NCBI RefSeq assembly: GCF_964355755.1
Contig: NC_092676.1
Coordinates: 28,228,871 to 28,292,870, forward strand
Direction of reading: 5' to 3'
Origin: Antedon mediterranea
Lineage: Eukaryota; Animalia; Echinodermata
DNA: 64,000 bases
Shown here in pieces: positions 28,751-41,378 of the stretch. The number at the start of each line of letters is the position of its first letter. Position 1 is the stretch's first letter. The notes under the pieces were generated by a model. That model saw only the letters and a list, made by a program, of their open reading frames with translations. It did no database searches and was not told the origin of the DNA. Both the position numbers and the translations under genes were made by a program.

Positions 28751-31304
28751 ATTACTGTGGTAAACTAATTACCCACTAGTGAGAAATTAAATGTTAAGTG
28801 TAAATATTGCGCGAATTCACTTCATGAACCGTTTCATTAACGGATTAATTCGACTATGAAAACAATGAAGTGTTAAGTGCGTTAATGTCAAATTTATTGT
28901 CGCGAATAAAAGAAGACAAAGTGAGTTTCCGTTTAGCCACATGCGAATATGGGAAATGACCTTTCTCATAGCTTGATTCCGTTGCTATGACTACTTTCCA
29001 TCATTCAACTCAAATCGGAAGTATTACGTATGCAATTAGTATAATTATATAAAAATAAAAATTAACATATAGGGCCTAACTCCAAAAAATCACAATTTCA
29101 AAAGAAATATTTATACTTTGGTTACTTGGGTGTCCGTATGAAAGGATTTATAGAAATAACTATGGTAATAAAGAATATATTAAATTAATAATAATAAATG
29201 ATGACAATCATATAGACCTAGTACAATCACTATTAATAGTAAAACTTCGGGACTTAAAGTGTCGCCTTGATCGGGATGTCCTCTGAGAGTTTGTCATAGA
29301 ATGAAGGTATGAAATATAATTGTTATACGTCCATGGTCATAGTGTATATCGCTCGTTTCACAGGGAACAGAGGGGCTTTACCGAATAAAATTTGTAAACG
29401 TTACCTGAATTCATACAAATCATGTATGAACATCTAGTTAATAACAATAGGCTGATTTATGGTGGCCCATCCCTTGGTTTTTAGTTTTGTTTATGTCCTT
29501 TTTACTATTGTTAATAATGTCGTATATCATAGATATGTATTGTTTTCGCTATTTGAGTGTTATTCTTTGAAGTAAATGTATTTGTGAGTATGGAGCAAAC
29601 CTTCGACAAGCAAAAGGTGAGTATGGAGCAAACCTTCGACAAGCAAAAGCTTGGTTTTCTCCAATTTGCTTTTGCTATTGGTGAATAAAAAATAATGTAA
29701 TATCTTGTTATTTTGTCATTTTACATACATACTGGTTTGGATTGATTTATTTAAAGCTTCCAAGCTTTTTAATTCAATTTCTATTAAAGATAAGACTATC
29801 GATATTTTTTTTTTACATTTTGTCCATATTTAAGTCTAAAGTTCTTACATCTATTTAAGTTTGCCATTTTGTATGTTTCATGTTTTGTATTTTAATGTGC
29901 TTTTAATTTTATATTTATATCTAAAGAGTTTTAAGACATCCTGTAATTGGCGATCTTTCGCTGTTGGATGTGGTTGAAATAAAATAAATAAAATAAAAAT
30001 AAAATAAAATAAATTTATTAGCTGCTGATCATTCGCTTTTGAATCGGTGGCACTCACAATATGCGATGCGGTAAAAAAAGAAGAAAATATTGAGAGAGAA
30101 AAAAAAAGAAAACATGAATGACTAAACTAAAAATGATTTACACGCAACAATACAATAATTCAATCATTAGGAAATATTGTGTGTACAAACTGTATCACTG
30201 TATGAAAGAGGGACACACTTTCCTTCTTAATTAAGCTATGATACATATTGATGCGGATGGTATAGACCACCGCGAGAGGGAAATGTTAAAAAGATATACA
30301 TGGAGTATTGTATGTCTTGCTCTTGTATGTTGAAATTGAGTTTGCCAAATAAATGAACTGTGAACATGTCTGAAAAATGATCAAATCAAAACTGTGCATT
30401 CACAGAGGGAAATGGGAAAGTAAAACTTTAATATAGGCTAAGCAAATACTCATAGATTATCAGACAAAAACTGCATATCATACCAGTAAAATTTATTTAG
30501 GTTTCATAACATTTATTTACAGACTCTGAAAATAGAAGATAGAAAATACAATGCATTGCAATATAATAATGATATAAGGTCAGAGTTTGAAGGCAGATGC
30601 ATGAAAAGATGAAAAAACATGAAACTATAAAAAATGACAAATAATATCTATCTATATATTCAGTAAAATAAGAGTAGAATTTTTATTATTCATTATTTTT
30701 TTATTTAACCTTTTAGTTAATGAATAAATACAAAACTATGTTTACTGTACATCATTTTAAAATAAAAGACACTGATTAAACAAATGAATAAAAGATTTCA
30801 TAATAAATATCACTGGTTCATTAAATTGCAAATTTATTTCATCGTTTTACTATAGGCCCTAATGTTATGAATTCTTATTTCGGCAGACAGTCCGGCGCCA
30901 GTGACGTCACAGCCCCCTTGCACGGTATTGTCTTGATGGTTGTAAGTGATGGTTCTCCCTGTCAAACACCGTTACTTCAACTTCTTCCTATGTCAGTCTT
31001 TTTGTTTACATTACTTCCGTGAAGTCATTCGAGTAATTGTCCTAAAAGGTATCCCACGGATCTAACCCTATTCACCGGATGAAATTGAACAATACTTCAA
31101 CGTGAAATTGAACAATACTTTCTAGAAAGTGGTAAAATAAAAGAGACATGAACCATTTCTTTATAGGAGGGACTGTAAATTAAATAAAACAATAGAGTGT
31201 GACAATAGGTGGGCTGTCATGTCTATTGTTTTTAATTCTAAGAACAATAGACGTGAGTGAATTTAACAAGCTCACCCACTGCCCTTAACACAATATTTTA
31301 AAGA

Positions 31305-31392
31305 AGACATCTGATTGGCATATGTCAATAATTTATCAAATATACGACCAATCAGAACACGAGAAATCCACTCACGTCTTATATAAACCCGA
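31305..31392 (+). promoter_or_regulatory. Candidate FoxQ2 core promoter
   Basis: ATTGG at ~31314, CCAAT at ~31348, CACGTC and TATATAAA at ~31374-31387, about 75 bp upstream of the ATG. Confidence 0.5.
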
Positions 31393-31457
31393 GGAATTAC
31401 GATAGATGTTATATTTTTAACATACTTTTGGATAAGCATATCACATTTTGTATTAGA

Positions 31458-33602
31458 ATGGCTCTTACAACTGTAGGCCTAACTGAGGAGATCATGACTT
31501 TCAAAGGACTTTCTACACCGCTGTCTCCTCCTTCAAGTGAGACTGGAAGTAATGGATCTTCTTCGCCTAGCAGTAGTCCAGTTAAAGGAACCAAACCTGT
31601 ACTTTCGTATATCGCTCTGATTGCAAAGGCAATTCTGAACTCACCGGACTGCAGGCTTCTGTTATCCGATATCTATCAATATATCATGGACAATTTTCCT
31701 TATTACAGGTAGGTTATAATACATTTAGTGTTTTCATGTATGATACCAATAAACTTTCGAGTTAAAATCAAAAGTGTGAGGCAGTTTGCCTATTCATCAA
31801 ATGCCTCACAATTTTTATTTTAACCCGAAAATGTTGTGATTTCTTGAATGTGTTTTATTCATCTGTACCAATTTCCTTAATCCACGTGGTATATAAGCCA
31901 CGAAAATAAACAGATAGATACTACTACATGTACTACCAAAGTTATGCAAATGATTTAACTACTGATAGAGCAATGGTATAAATCGAACTGAGATTTCATG
32001 GTTCAGATATTTTTGTAGTAATTGTTATCACATATAAAGACATTGAGTTTGATGTCTTATCTATGCAATATTATTAATATCCATTAATAGTGTTTCTCAA
32101 TGAGGAATTGTAATTTTTGATTTATATAAAAGTCAAGTCAATAACTTGATTGCGATTTATCGTACGTATTTTGTACATCGATGGATTAAGTATTCCTTTT
32201 TACGATCTATTCGTAAATATTCATGCTAAACGTTTATTCAAACAGCTGTTGAATAGTTCGATAAATTCATCGTTATTTATTGTTATGCTTTGCATAATTT
32301 AATATATCAATCGTTTTAATTAATTTTGGTTTTTTTTATTCGTATAGGAATAATGACAGAAGTTGGCGAAACAGTATACGACACAATCTGTCACTAAATG
32401 AATGTTTTATCAAAAGTGGGAGGAGCAATGATGGGCGTGGTCACTTTTGGGCGGTCCATCCAGCTAATGTTGAAGATTTTATGCGTGGAGATTACAGGAG
32501 ACGAAGAGCACGTCTGAGGGTTAGAGCCACCATCACGGCTAAAGCATATGAAACGTAAGTTAGCTAAATATACATAATGTAAAATACAGTTTCATATGAA
32601 CTCTAATATTCATGAAAATTAGTTTTTGTATTCAAGTTTTTAAATTAATATTTTCATATTATTATTTTCAATAATCATTATTCATTATTCATGAATAAGC
32701 AAACATTGATTTGTTACCGTTTAAAAAAAAATTAAATCAGCCCTATGATTAGTAGCTTGTTGCTAGTCAGAGAGAAATGAACATCTTGTTATAATTATTA
32801 ATTTTAACATTTTTCCTGAATACACGTATGTCTACCATGATGAATCAAATACAATTATAGTATTACCAATAACTATTTTTTTTCCATTATTTTCTTTATT
32901 AGGTCTTATCATCCATATAGCACGCCAAGTCAGATGTATGGCAATCCAAGTTCATCTTACGTCACAATGACTGGAAGTCCATCATCTATGGTAGGATTGC
33001 CATACGCCAGTTCACCATACATGGCTCAGAATCCTGTTGCATATGATATGATGTCGTATCCAGCTTCGAGTAACTCAACGATGTCAACGGTAGCTCCTTC
33101 TTTAATCGCATCATCTTGTCCATCTTCTTCGCCTGGTGGAGCCGCTATGATTCCGTCATATTGTAGTGCAGCGTCATCGTTGATGACGTCATCGAATTCA
33201 AGTGCAGCTTCTCCGTTGATGACATCATCATATTCTAGTCCAGCTTCATCTCTCATGACACCGTCGTCATTTTCATGTGCTTCTTCGTCCTTGATGACGC
33301 CTTCATATTCTGGAGGAACCTCCTCCTCGATGGCTGGAACTTTTCCTAGTCCTTACCTGACGACTACGTCAGCAGCTAAGCAGAAAACAGGCTCGGGAGC
33401 TGGCGTGTGCCTGGAATCGATCACCCCTCCATCAAGCCCTGAAAACCAAGCACTACTAGGCCAGACAACACTTCTTAATGACAGGGCAATGACAGCTAAC
33501 TATTCTAATACATTTACAACACATTCTAATGTGTATAACTGCAATCAAATGATACCACCTACCTCTTCATTCGTCCCGCCATTCTACTCTGCTGTCATCT
33601 GA
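31458..33602 (+). CDS. FoxQ2: FoxQ2 forkhead transcription factor, 3 coding exons, ~385 aa
   Basis: Exons 31458-31708, 32348-32554, 32903-33602 (GT-AG, phases 2,2; 1158 nt). Forkhead domain [39 protein letters not shown]|[55 protein letters not shown]; the ECFIK.GR...G.GH.WA.HPAN.EDF.RGD.RRRRA signature is characteristic of the FoxQ2 class. Confidence 0.92.
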
Positions 33603-34213
33603 TGAGACGGCGCGGCAACCGGAAACTTAAGATCGCATTACGCATGCGTATGATTATTAGAGTACGCGCTTGGCCACCAAAAGCAGAAGTGTCTAAATTA
33701 TTATTTATTTGTTTATTGCATTGTAAAGTAATAGTAAAAATATATATAATGTACAGAAATCAGAACTAGATATTTGATATATTTTTTGGATGTTTTAAAG
33801 CCATCATTTTGTACAAGTTTTTATATGTAAATTTTAAGTATTCGTTCTTAATGTAAGTACACGTTCTTAAAGTGTTTTGAACATTTTTATGTTAATTGTA
33901 TAAATATTCGTCAGTAATGAATGAGGAGTTTTTTAAAGTATATATTGTTTTCGTATTGTATATACATTTTCGAAATAAATAGACAAAAAGACTAATTTTA
34001 ATTTTCTATTGTTTATGTAATGTCTCTTCCCTGGTAGGCCTACTCTTTGTGTACACGTTGTGCACCGACTTAAGTTTTCAACTTTTAGATAACGATGAGG
34101 GCGCTCGACTGAAGAAAAAAAATGTAAACAAAGTTCAACATAAACATCATCATCACACGGCCGGAAAAAGAGTATTAAATTGCGTTTTTGCCCTAACTTC
34201 AAAGTATAATGAC

Positions 34214-37200
34214 ATGAAGAATTTATGCCTTTTTACTTCCTTATTTATTTTATTTAAAATTAATTCATGCAGTAAAATTAGTAAGTACTTGTTATTAAAC
34301 TACAACCACAAAAAAAGCTAGGCCTAGCTAGCTAGGTAGCCCAGCTAGCTTTTTTTTAGCCTACTACCTTCTACAATCAGTCTCACAGTGATTCCTACTC
34401 TATGCTGCTGTATGTTTATATGGGGCCTAGGAGTACCTAGTAAAGTCTATGCCTAGCGGGTTGTACTGTACGTTTGCAAATTAATGATGGAGGATGAATA
34501 AGCCACTCTGTAATGCTTTTTTCTCTTTAAAATTTAAATTATAGTTTTAATAATTGTGACAGTTCATTTGTTGTAACAATAGTAAATACAACTAAAACAG
34601 TTTGTTCTTATTTTTACATTAGATCTTTCAATTCCAATTGACGAAACAATCAATGTCACAATTGAACCAAATGTCACGTATCTGGTGACGGTAGAAAACA
34701 TCACTACTACAGCTACCTTTGTCACTATCCAGGGACACGCTTACCGAAATGTCAGTATATACGGTTCTACGACGGAGGTACCCTCAAGTGACACATCCAT
34801 GAGCGGTTCGACTATCGGGCTTGTCTCAAATCTCCAATTAGAACAAGACACGGTGATTTGGTACTTAAAGAACAAAGAGGTTGTTGCAATAGATGTTCTG
34901 GTTATAGTGATGCAATATGGGGATGGGGCTGGTAAGTTGTAATGTATAGACTTGCTTCAAACTATAAAAGAGAATAACTAGATGTTACTCCATAAGTGCA
35001 ACAAACATTGGAAAGCTCTGTCTACACTATCAAACTAATTTTACAAAAAAAGTTTGATGTACCCAATGGTAGTGATATGATGTCATCGAGTCCATGGCCA
35101 TATCACTTAAAATTTGATATTGTAGACAAAGCTTTAGACCTCCTTATTAGTTTTACTTTTAGAATTGAACACCACAAGACAGATCAACAATACAGATTAA
35201 AATAATCTATTTTAAATTTGATTTCAATATTTATTTCCATCTATTTTTATATTACTTTACAGAATTTTCTATGCCACCTGTTCCTGGAGGTTGTTGTTTG
35301 ACCTCTGACCTTGAGTTAGATCCTAACATCAAAGTTCTTCAAAGCAATTATTTCCACACATCAACGGAGTTCTCGCAAGCTAATGCCGGTGTACCTCGTG
35401 GATCTGATGAAAATGTTTGTGCCAAGAGTAACGCCCCTCAGTTCAGGTACAAGTTGCTGGGAAATTTGACCAATCACAAGCGATGGATTATTCAAACTGT
35501 CACTTGTCATTGGTCAACTCGCTTACATTACGTCTACATGGTTGTGTTACGTCTCTAGTAGGAACCAAGCATTAGAACCACTATGTTCACATGACAGTAT
35601 CTTAGGAAAATTCTTGAATACAACATCACATGTTTGTCACATGTTACATGTGTATCATAGGAATTATTTTTATGGTTAAGGTACAAATGTCAGATTTATT
35701 TAGGAATTTGCTCACAATACTGTACAGCATAGTGGTATTGTGGATTGGTGCCACTATACTGGATTCAATTCCTTCTCTGATCACATATTACCAGGATTTG
35801 TCTCGTAGCTAAAACAATACACTACCTACACCTCATATGAGACTTAGTTTAGAAAGCATTGGTTTTTCCTATCTTATAATTCACAAGTCATATATTTATT
35901 GTTGGATGATGGGTGAATAAGAAGAAATTATGGCACTTGCTTAGATAAGAGGATCAACTAACTATATTACATAATATTACACTATAGAACAATCTTTAAC
36001 ATATATAGTTTTCAACTAACATGTTCACGTTTTAAAACTCTTTTTTTCAGGCTTTACTATGAGCTATATATTTACTACTTAACACGATTCGTTGACCGTG
36101 ATGATTACTTTGAAGGAATCGAGAAAATGATGACAGTCGATAGAATTAAAGAAAATGGAAAAAAAGTAAAGTTGAAAAGTAGATTATGTTTGGGTTTTTA
36201 GGGGTTTCTTTCATTTTATTTATAGAATACTTTTTAAATAAACATACTATTAATACATTAAATATCATCTTTATTTTATTTTAAAGGTTTCCTCATACAA
36301 GGGTAAATTTCAGGGAGAGGTCATCTTAGCATCTATTCAAGGTCAAGGGGTCATTTACAATGTCATCGTCACAGATCCTTTGACCAATCACAGTATGGCA
36401 GCTTATGTTCCAATAGTGAACTTTGCTTGTACCTATACTCCTGATTATAACAATCAACCAAGTTGCCATAACATCTGTAAGTTCAACAAACTTTTAACGA
36501 GGTAGTTCTAAAATAAAATTTTACAACTCCCAGCTTTTAATAAAGTTGCTTATTAATTAGTCAGGAGCTGCCCCAATTTCTTGTAAATACTAAATCATTT
36601 TCTCAAATGCCTGTTATGCAGATAGAATGTGTTTTGTTTTTATAACGTGTTTCATATTAAAAGTTGAAAAACTTCTCTCTGCCTATATATTCAAATTCAT
36701 AGATAATGTATTCATTTATTTTCAGTAAATGTTGGCTACATTGCGATGTATATTGGTTTGAGTATTTATGGATTTGTCTTGTGCTTCTTGGGTCATTACT
36801 GTTTTAAACTTGGTAAGTAAGATATTCAAAGTAGGTGATAAGATAAGATAAATCTTTATTGTCATGACCGCAACAAGTCGAACATGAAATTTGTTTTTCT
36901 TGTTGCTTATATTAAACATACAATACAGAAAAATATAACGCTTAACAGTAATAAATATTAATACAATATATAAAGAATAAAATTAGAAAACGTACATGGT
37001 TACAAAAGGGATAAAAAACTTAACTATCTTTGAAATGTTGAGTTGGATACATGTATTGAGTTATTGAGTATGCAAGAAGTTGATGCTTTTACCACCTCAG
37101 AGATGTTTTCGGCATTATTACTGTATTTTTTTAATGAATATAGTACTACATCTCTATATGAAACAACACTGATTATGTTTAAATAACATAGTATAAAACT

Positions 37201-40200
37201 GACTCCAAAGAGAGGCAAGCCATGATCCAAACATGGCTTGCCTCTTGTTATTTAAAGTCAGTTTAAAGCTCTGTCTACACTATCACACTTCATTGGACAA
37301 AACAATGTGATGTGCCCATATATGGACATGATGATGTCATATATCACTATCATATTTGGGCATATAACTACCATATTTGGGCACATCACACTTTTTTTTG
37401 TCAAACTAGTTTGATAGTGTAGTCAAAGCTTTATACTATTCTATATGAAACATTTTTTATACATTAATATACATGTAATTATTATTTTGACATGGTGGAA
37501 TAAATTGCTACTATATATTTTCTATATGTTACTATACCCTTTTTCACCTGTTTCATGAATGATGGTTTTTGCATTTTCTGTAGCTAAAAAATATTAATAT
37601 TTTACGTTTTATTTGTTTCTCCAGAGGTGTTTTTCTTTGGTGGTTTAACTCTAGGGATTCCAGCTTTTCTCATTTTTGCTACAAGTTCACATTTAACCAC
37701 CGCTGGTAAGCATGTAAAGCTCTGTCTACACTATCAAACTTATGTGACAAAAAAAATGTGATGTTCCCAAATATGGACACGATGATGTCATATCATTACC
37801 ATATTTGGGCATATCACTAACATAACATATTTGGGCAAACTAGTTTGATAGTGTAGACAGAGCTTTAGCCAATATTGAAGTTTCTATAAGATTCTAACAT
37901 AATATTACTGTTTATGCTGTATGAACTTCCTTTGTGAACAAATAACTTGAATAACACAAAACGAATGTGTGACCTAGGCCATTAAGTCCAGGCCATGCTA
38001 GACTAATTCCAAGGATCTAAATCATACACCACCTGAACCATCCCCTCCCAACCACCAGTCTGTCTTCCATGTACCTAATGATGCCTAACAAATCCACTTA
38101 ACTATTTCATTGCTATGGCATTTCATCCCAGTATATAGCATAGGTTGGCAGAAAAATGCTGTATATCCTCTGGTATAATCCCACCCCTAGAACATGAAAT
38201 TGGGTCAACTTTGGGGTGTGGGACTATACCCGGGGAAACTCTAGTTCAGGGAAAAAAATGATTTTTAAACCATTTCTTGTGAAAACTCATCTGAACTGGC
38301 TAGAGAGTGGCCAACATTCAGACCAAAAGTCAATACTGGGACTATACCTGGGGATATGCCCATTTGTGAAGTCAGACATAAAGTAGGGGGTGGAGTTAAA
38401 CCTAAAGTGGGATTATTCCGTAGTACCTAAATACAATTCTAATAGTTAAATTTTTTCTTTCTCTATATTTTGTTGTAGCTACAGTTACCATTAGCTTTGT
38501 ATTTGCTGGTATGGGAGGTGCAAGTCTTTACATCTTATGGTGGCTATACGGTAAAGTTCTACCCACAATGCTCTTTGTGGCTCTCAACCTTGGTTACTTG
38601 TTCGCAAGCTGTGCATTCTTTATTGGACCGTTAGGTAACAACACTTTTATTTTAAAGTTTTTTTATGCATGGCACTGACAGGTAGTGCAGTAAAATTAGT
38701 GTGGTTATTTTCAGAGATTTTCAGATGTCTTCTGTCCTCCTTGGTGAACAGTACTAGCCTTCTTTTTACCTTCTAGAGCCATGTGTCTAATATTGTGAGT
38801 TATGTTTTTGTTTCATAACTTTAGGCAACATGAGTGTTTGGCAAGACAATGCAGCTTATGGGTTGACCTTCACAAGTGGCATGCTTTTAATACCAATCTT
38901 CCTAATTCCATTTATGCATAAGGTAATAAATCTCAATTATTAAGTTGCTTTATAAGTTATTGTTTATGTTCCATATTTGGTCATTTTGAATCTTGTTTTG
39001 TTGTAATTGCTCACAGAGATATTAGGTTCGCAGTAGAGACCCTAAAATGGCTGATGATGGCAAGAACATTCCATAGCTCTAAAGGCCAATTTACACAGAC
39101 GAGTGGTAACGGTAATACAAATATAAAATCTTTCTTATTTCTTATGACCATTTACATACAGGCGGTTTCCTTTTCTGATTTTTTTGTACAGCGCCATGAG
39201 CAATGAATGTTGGAATGGCGCTATATAAATCGAACGATTGATTGATTGATTGATTGAAACCACTCGTCTGTGTAAATTTGCCTTTAGAGACACTTTACTT
39301 GACTAAGACTAACAAGCCAGCACATTTTGAGATGATTAGAGGTTACACTAGTTTGATTAGAGAGCATCCATAGCAACTGCATACTGTGAGAGGAGTGTGT
39401 GATTTGGTTTCGTGTCTGCTACCACCTATATGTATATATATTTTTTTTATTTGTCTACCGTGTGTCTTTGTTTGTAAATATAAATTGATGATAAATTGAT
39501 GGTATCCAAATTGACAAGCACCCATTTCTTTTGGTTTCTTTTGTAAATTGTGAATTTGTGTCAATAAATGTGATTAATGATATGAGTGATTAATGTGATA
39601 TTTACTTATTTGCTTATTTATTATGCGACTGCATACCTGTGAGGTGAAGAGGAAAATAATGATTTTGTGTCTGCTGCCACCTATATGTATAATTTGTTTT
39701 GCTTGTTTATGTGTTTGTTTCTGAATCATTTATAGTCTGTATATTATGTGTAAATTATTTTGGTGTCTGTTTTAATTTTTGAATTTTGTCAATAAATGTT
39801 ATTATTTATTTTTTAAATAAACTTTCAGATTAATGTGACATCATTTAATTGAAGTGTAGTTCATGGAAAGTTATAGAATCTTATAAACAGAAATGTAGTA
39901 GTTAATGTGTTTTATTATTCCGTACTTCTTTAGCTGAGTTCATTAGCCACGGCAGTATGGGGTTCATATCTAATAATGAGTCTGGTGAGCTATGTATCAA
40001 TGTCAACCCTTCATCTCATCATCATGTACCCGCTAGCTAGGACAGTGTACACTGAATTCAACAAGGATCTTATATTTCTGCCATACAATACACAAGGTAA
40101 CATTTTTGCAAAAACATATTTATTCTTTCTGACAGTTGATCCAGTATTGATTTTATTCCAAGTAATAAGGAATGATTTGATGTGCACACTAGGTCTTTTG

Positions 40201-41378
40201 AATTTATCGGTTTTTATAACAATACACCAGAAGTACCTTATAATGTTTTATATTGACATGGCAACGCTGATGACTCGTATTAGACAAAGCTGTTTGTTGC
40301 TTCTCATTTATTAAATATTGATTTTATTCCAAGTAATAAGGAATGATTATGATGTGCACACTAGGTCTTTTGAATTTATCGGTTTTTATAACAATACACC
40401 AGAAGTACCTTATAATGTTTTATATTGACATGGCAACGCTGATGACTCGTATTAGACAAAGCTGTTTGTTGCTTCTCATTTATTAAATATTGATTTTATT
40501 CCAAGTAATAAGGAATAATTATGATGTGCACACTACCTCCTTTGAATTTATCAGTTATAACAATAAACCAGAAGTACATCATTATTATTATTCAATATTA
40601 TTTTGCGGGTTAATGCTCCTGCAACATTGATCCATTATTGATTGTATTCAAAATGATATAGAGTGACTTTGATGACTAATAAACCTGAAGTACATTGTAC
40701 ATGATGTATATAGTCGTTGCCACAGCAACGTTCATTATTTATTTTTATTATAACAGTAGTAGAGTTGTGGCTTGGTGGCTACCAATTCGAGGGTCCTGGG
40801 TTCAAGTCCTGTCATATGTCAGGATTTTTTCTAATGACAATTTACAACTCCACTCCCTAAGACTTGTAATAAGACTTTGTTTATGTAAAGCATCTTGTGT
40901 AGATGTTTGTCTTGTGAACAAGATTGTCACCTTTAAGAAGGATAGTGAATGAATTCGCTTATGGTTATTGTTGGCAATTTGCCTAAATATATAAAAGAAA
41001 GAAATAAGGAATAAATGTTATCAAAAGAACTGAGTATGTCTAGAGTCCAATATAATTTCATTTTTTTTTAACGTAATTCTACAAAAACATCAAACTGTAG
41101 ACCTATAAATCACAGACATAATTATTTACTATCTTTTGTGTGTTTCAGATATCATCATAATTGTGGTATGGGTGGTGCTCATATTTGCAGGATTAACTAC
41201 ACAACACTTTCTCACACGAAAAGACCGACGCGACTTTCCTGAATGCCCGGCCAAGTTATACGCCAAAACAAATGAATTTTTAAACACAGAACAACAACAA
41301 ATTCCACCAATAGTTGACGTTACAGAACGAACACCACTTTTACAAAACACAGCAAGTTCAATAGATAAATATGAATGA
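34214..41378 (+). CDS. TM7SF3: Transmembrane 7 superfamily member 3, 11 coding exons, ~559 aa
   Basis: Exons 34214-34280 (signal-peptide-like, least certain), 34623-34931, 35263-35446, 36051-36165, 36287-36476, 36726-36812, 37625-37705, 38479-38634, 38825-38922, 39934-40096, 41149-41378; GT-AG, phases chain to 1680 nt. Recognisable motifs: PVPGGCCLTSDLELDPNI, ANAGVPRG, GQGVIYNVIV, AAYVP, LCFLGH, a run of hydrophobic helices and a C-terminal ERTPLL. Confidence 0.9.
35012..35136. mobile_element. MITE family A, inverted and internally deleted
   Basis: AAAGCTCTGTCTACACTATCAAACT ... TTTGATATTGTAGACAAAGCTTTA. Confidence 0.65.
37264..37433. mobile_element. MITE family A (TM7SF3 intron 6)
   Basis: Both TIRs and internal units present. 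Confidence 0.8.
37715..37867. mobile_element. MITE family A (TM7SF3 intron 7)
   Basis: Perfect TIRs; starts 10 bp into the intron. Confidence 0.8.
39080..39286. mobile_element. MITE family C containing a retroelement 3' tail
   Basis: TIR TAAAGGC(C/A)AATTTACACAGACGAGTGGT; interior has AGCGCCAT...ATGGCGCTATATAAAT plus (GATT)n, an L2/SINE-type tail. Confidence 0.65.
40144..40580. repeat. ~176-bp tandem repeat, about 2.5 copies
   Basis: TATTGATTTTATTCCAAGTAATAAGGAAT recurs three times; related piece at ~49075-49130. Confidence 0.85.
40760..41010 (+). mobile_element. Second tRNA-derived SINE family
   Basis: A-box-like TGGCTTGGTGG, B box GGTTCAAGTCC, A-rich tail; 5'-truncated copy at 48095-48260. 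Confidence 0.6.

Noticed and set aside
29584-29650. 33-bp direct duplication GTGAGTATGGAGCAAACCTTCGACAAGCAAAAG
   Set aside because: Two adjacent copies only; likely slippage or a retroelement tail.
33026-33256. Acidic minus-strand ORF
   Set aside because: Antisense shadow of the serine-rich FoxQ2 exon.
38165-38425. Short GGGA(C/T)TATACC repeats in both orientations
   Set aside because: Probably a decayed MITE; termini and TSD could not be defined.
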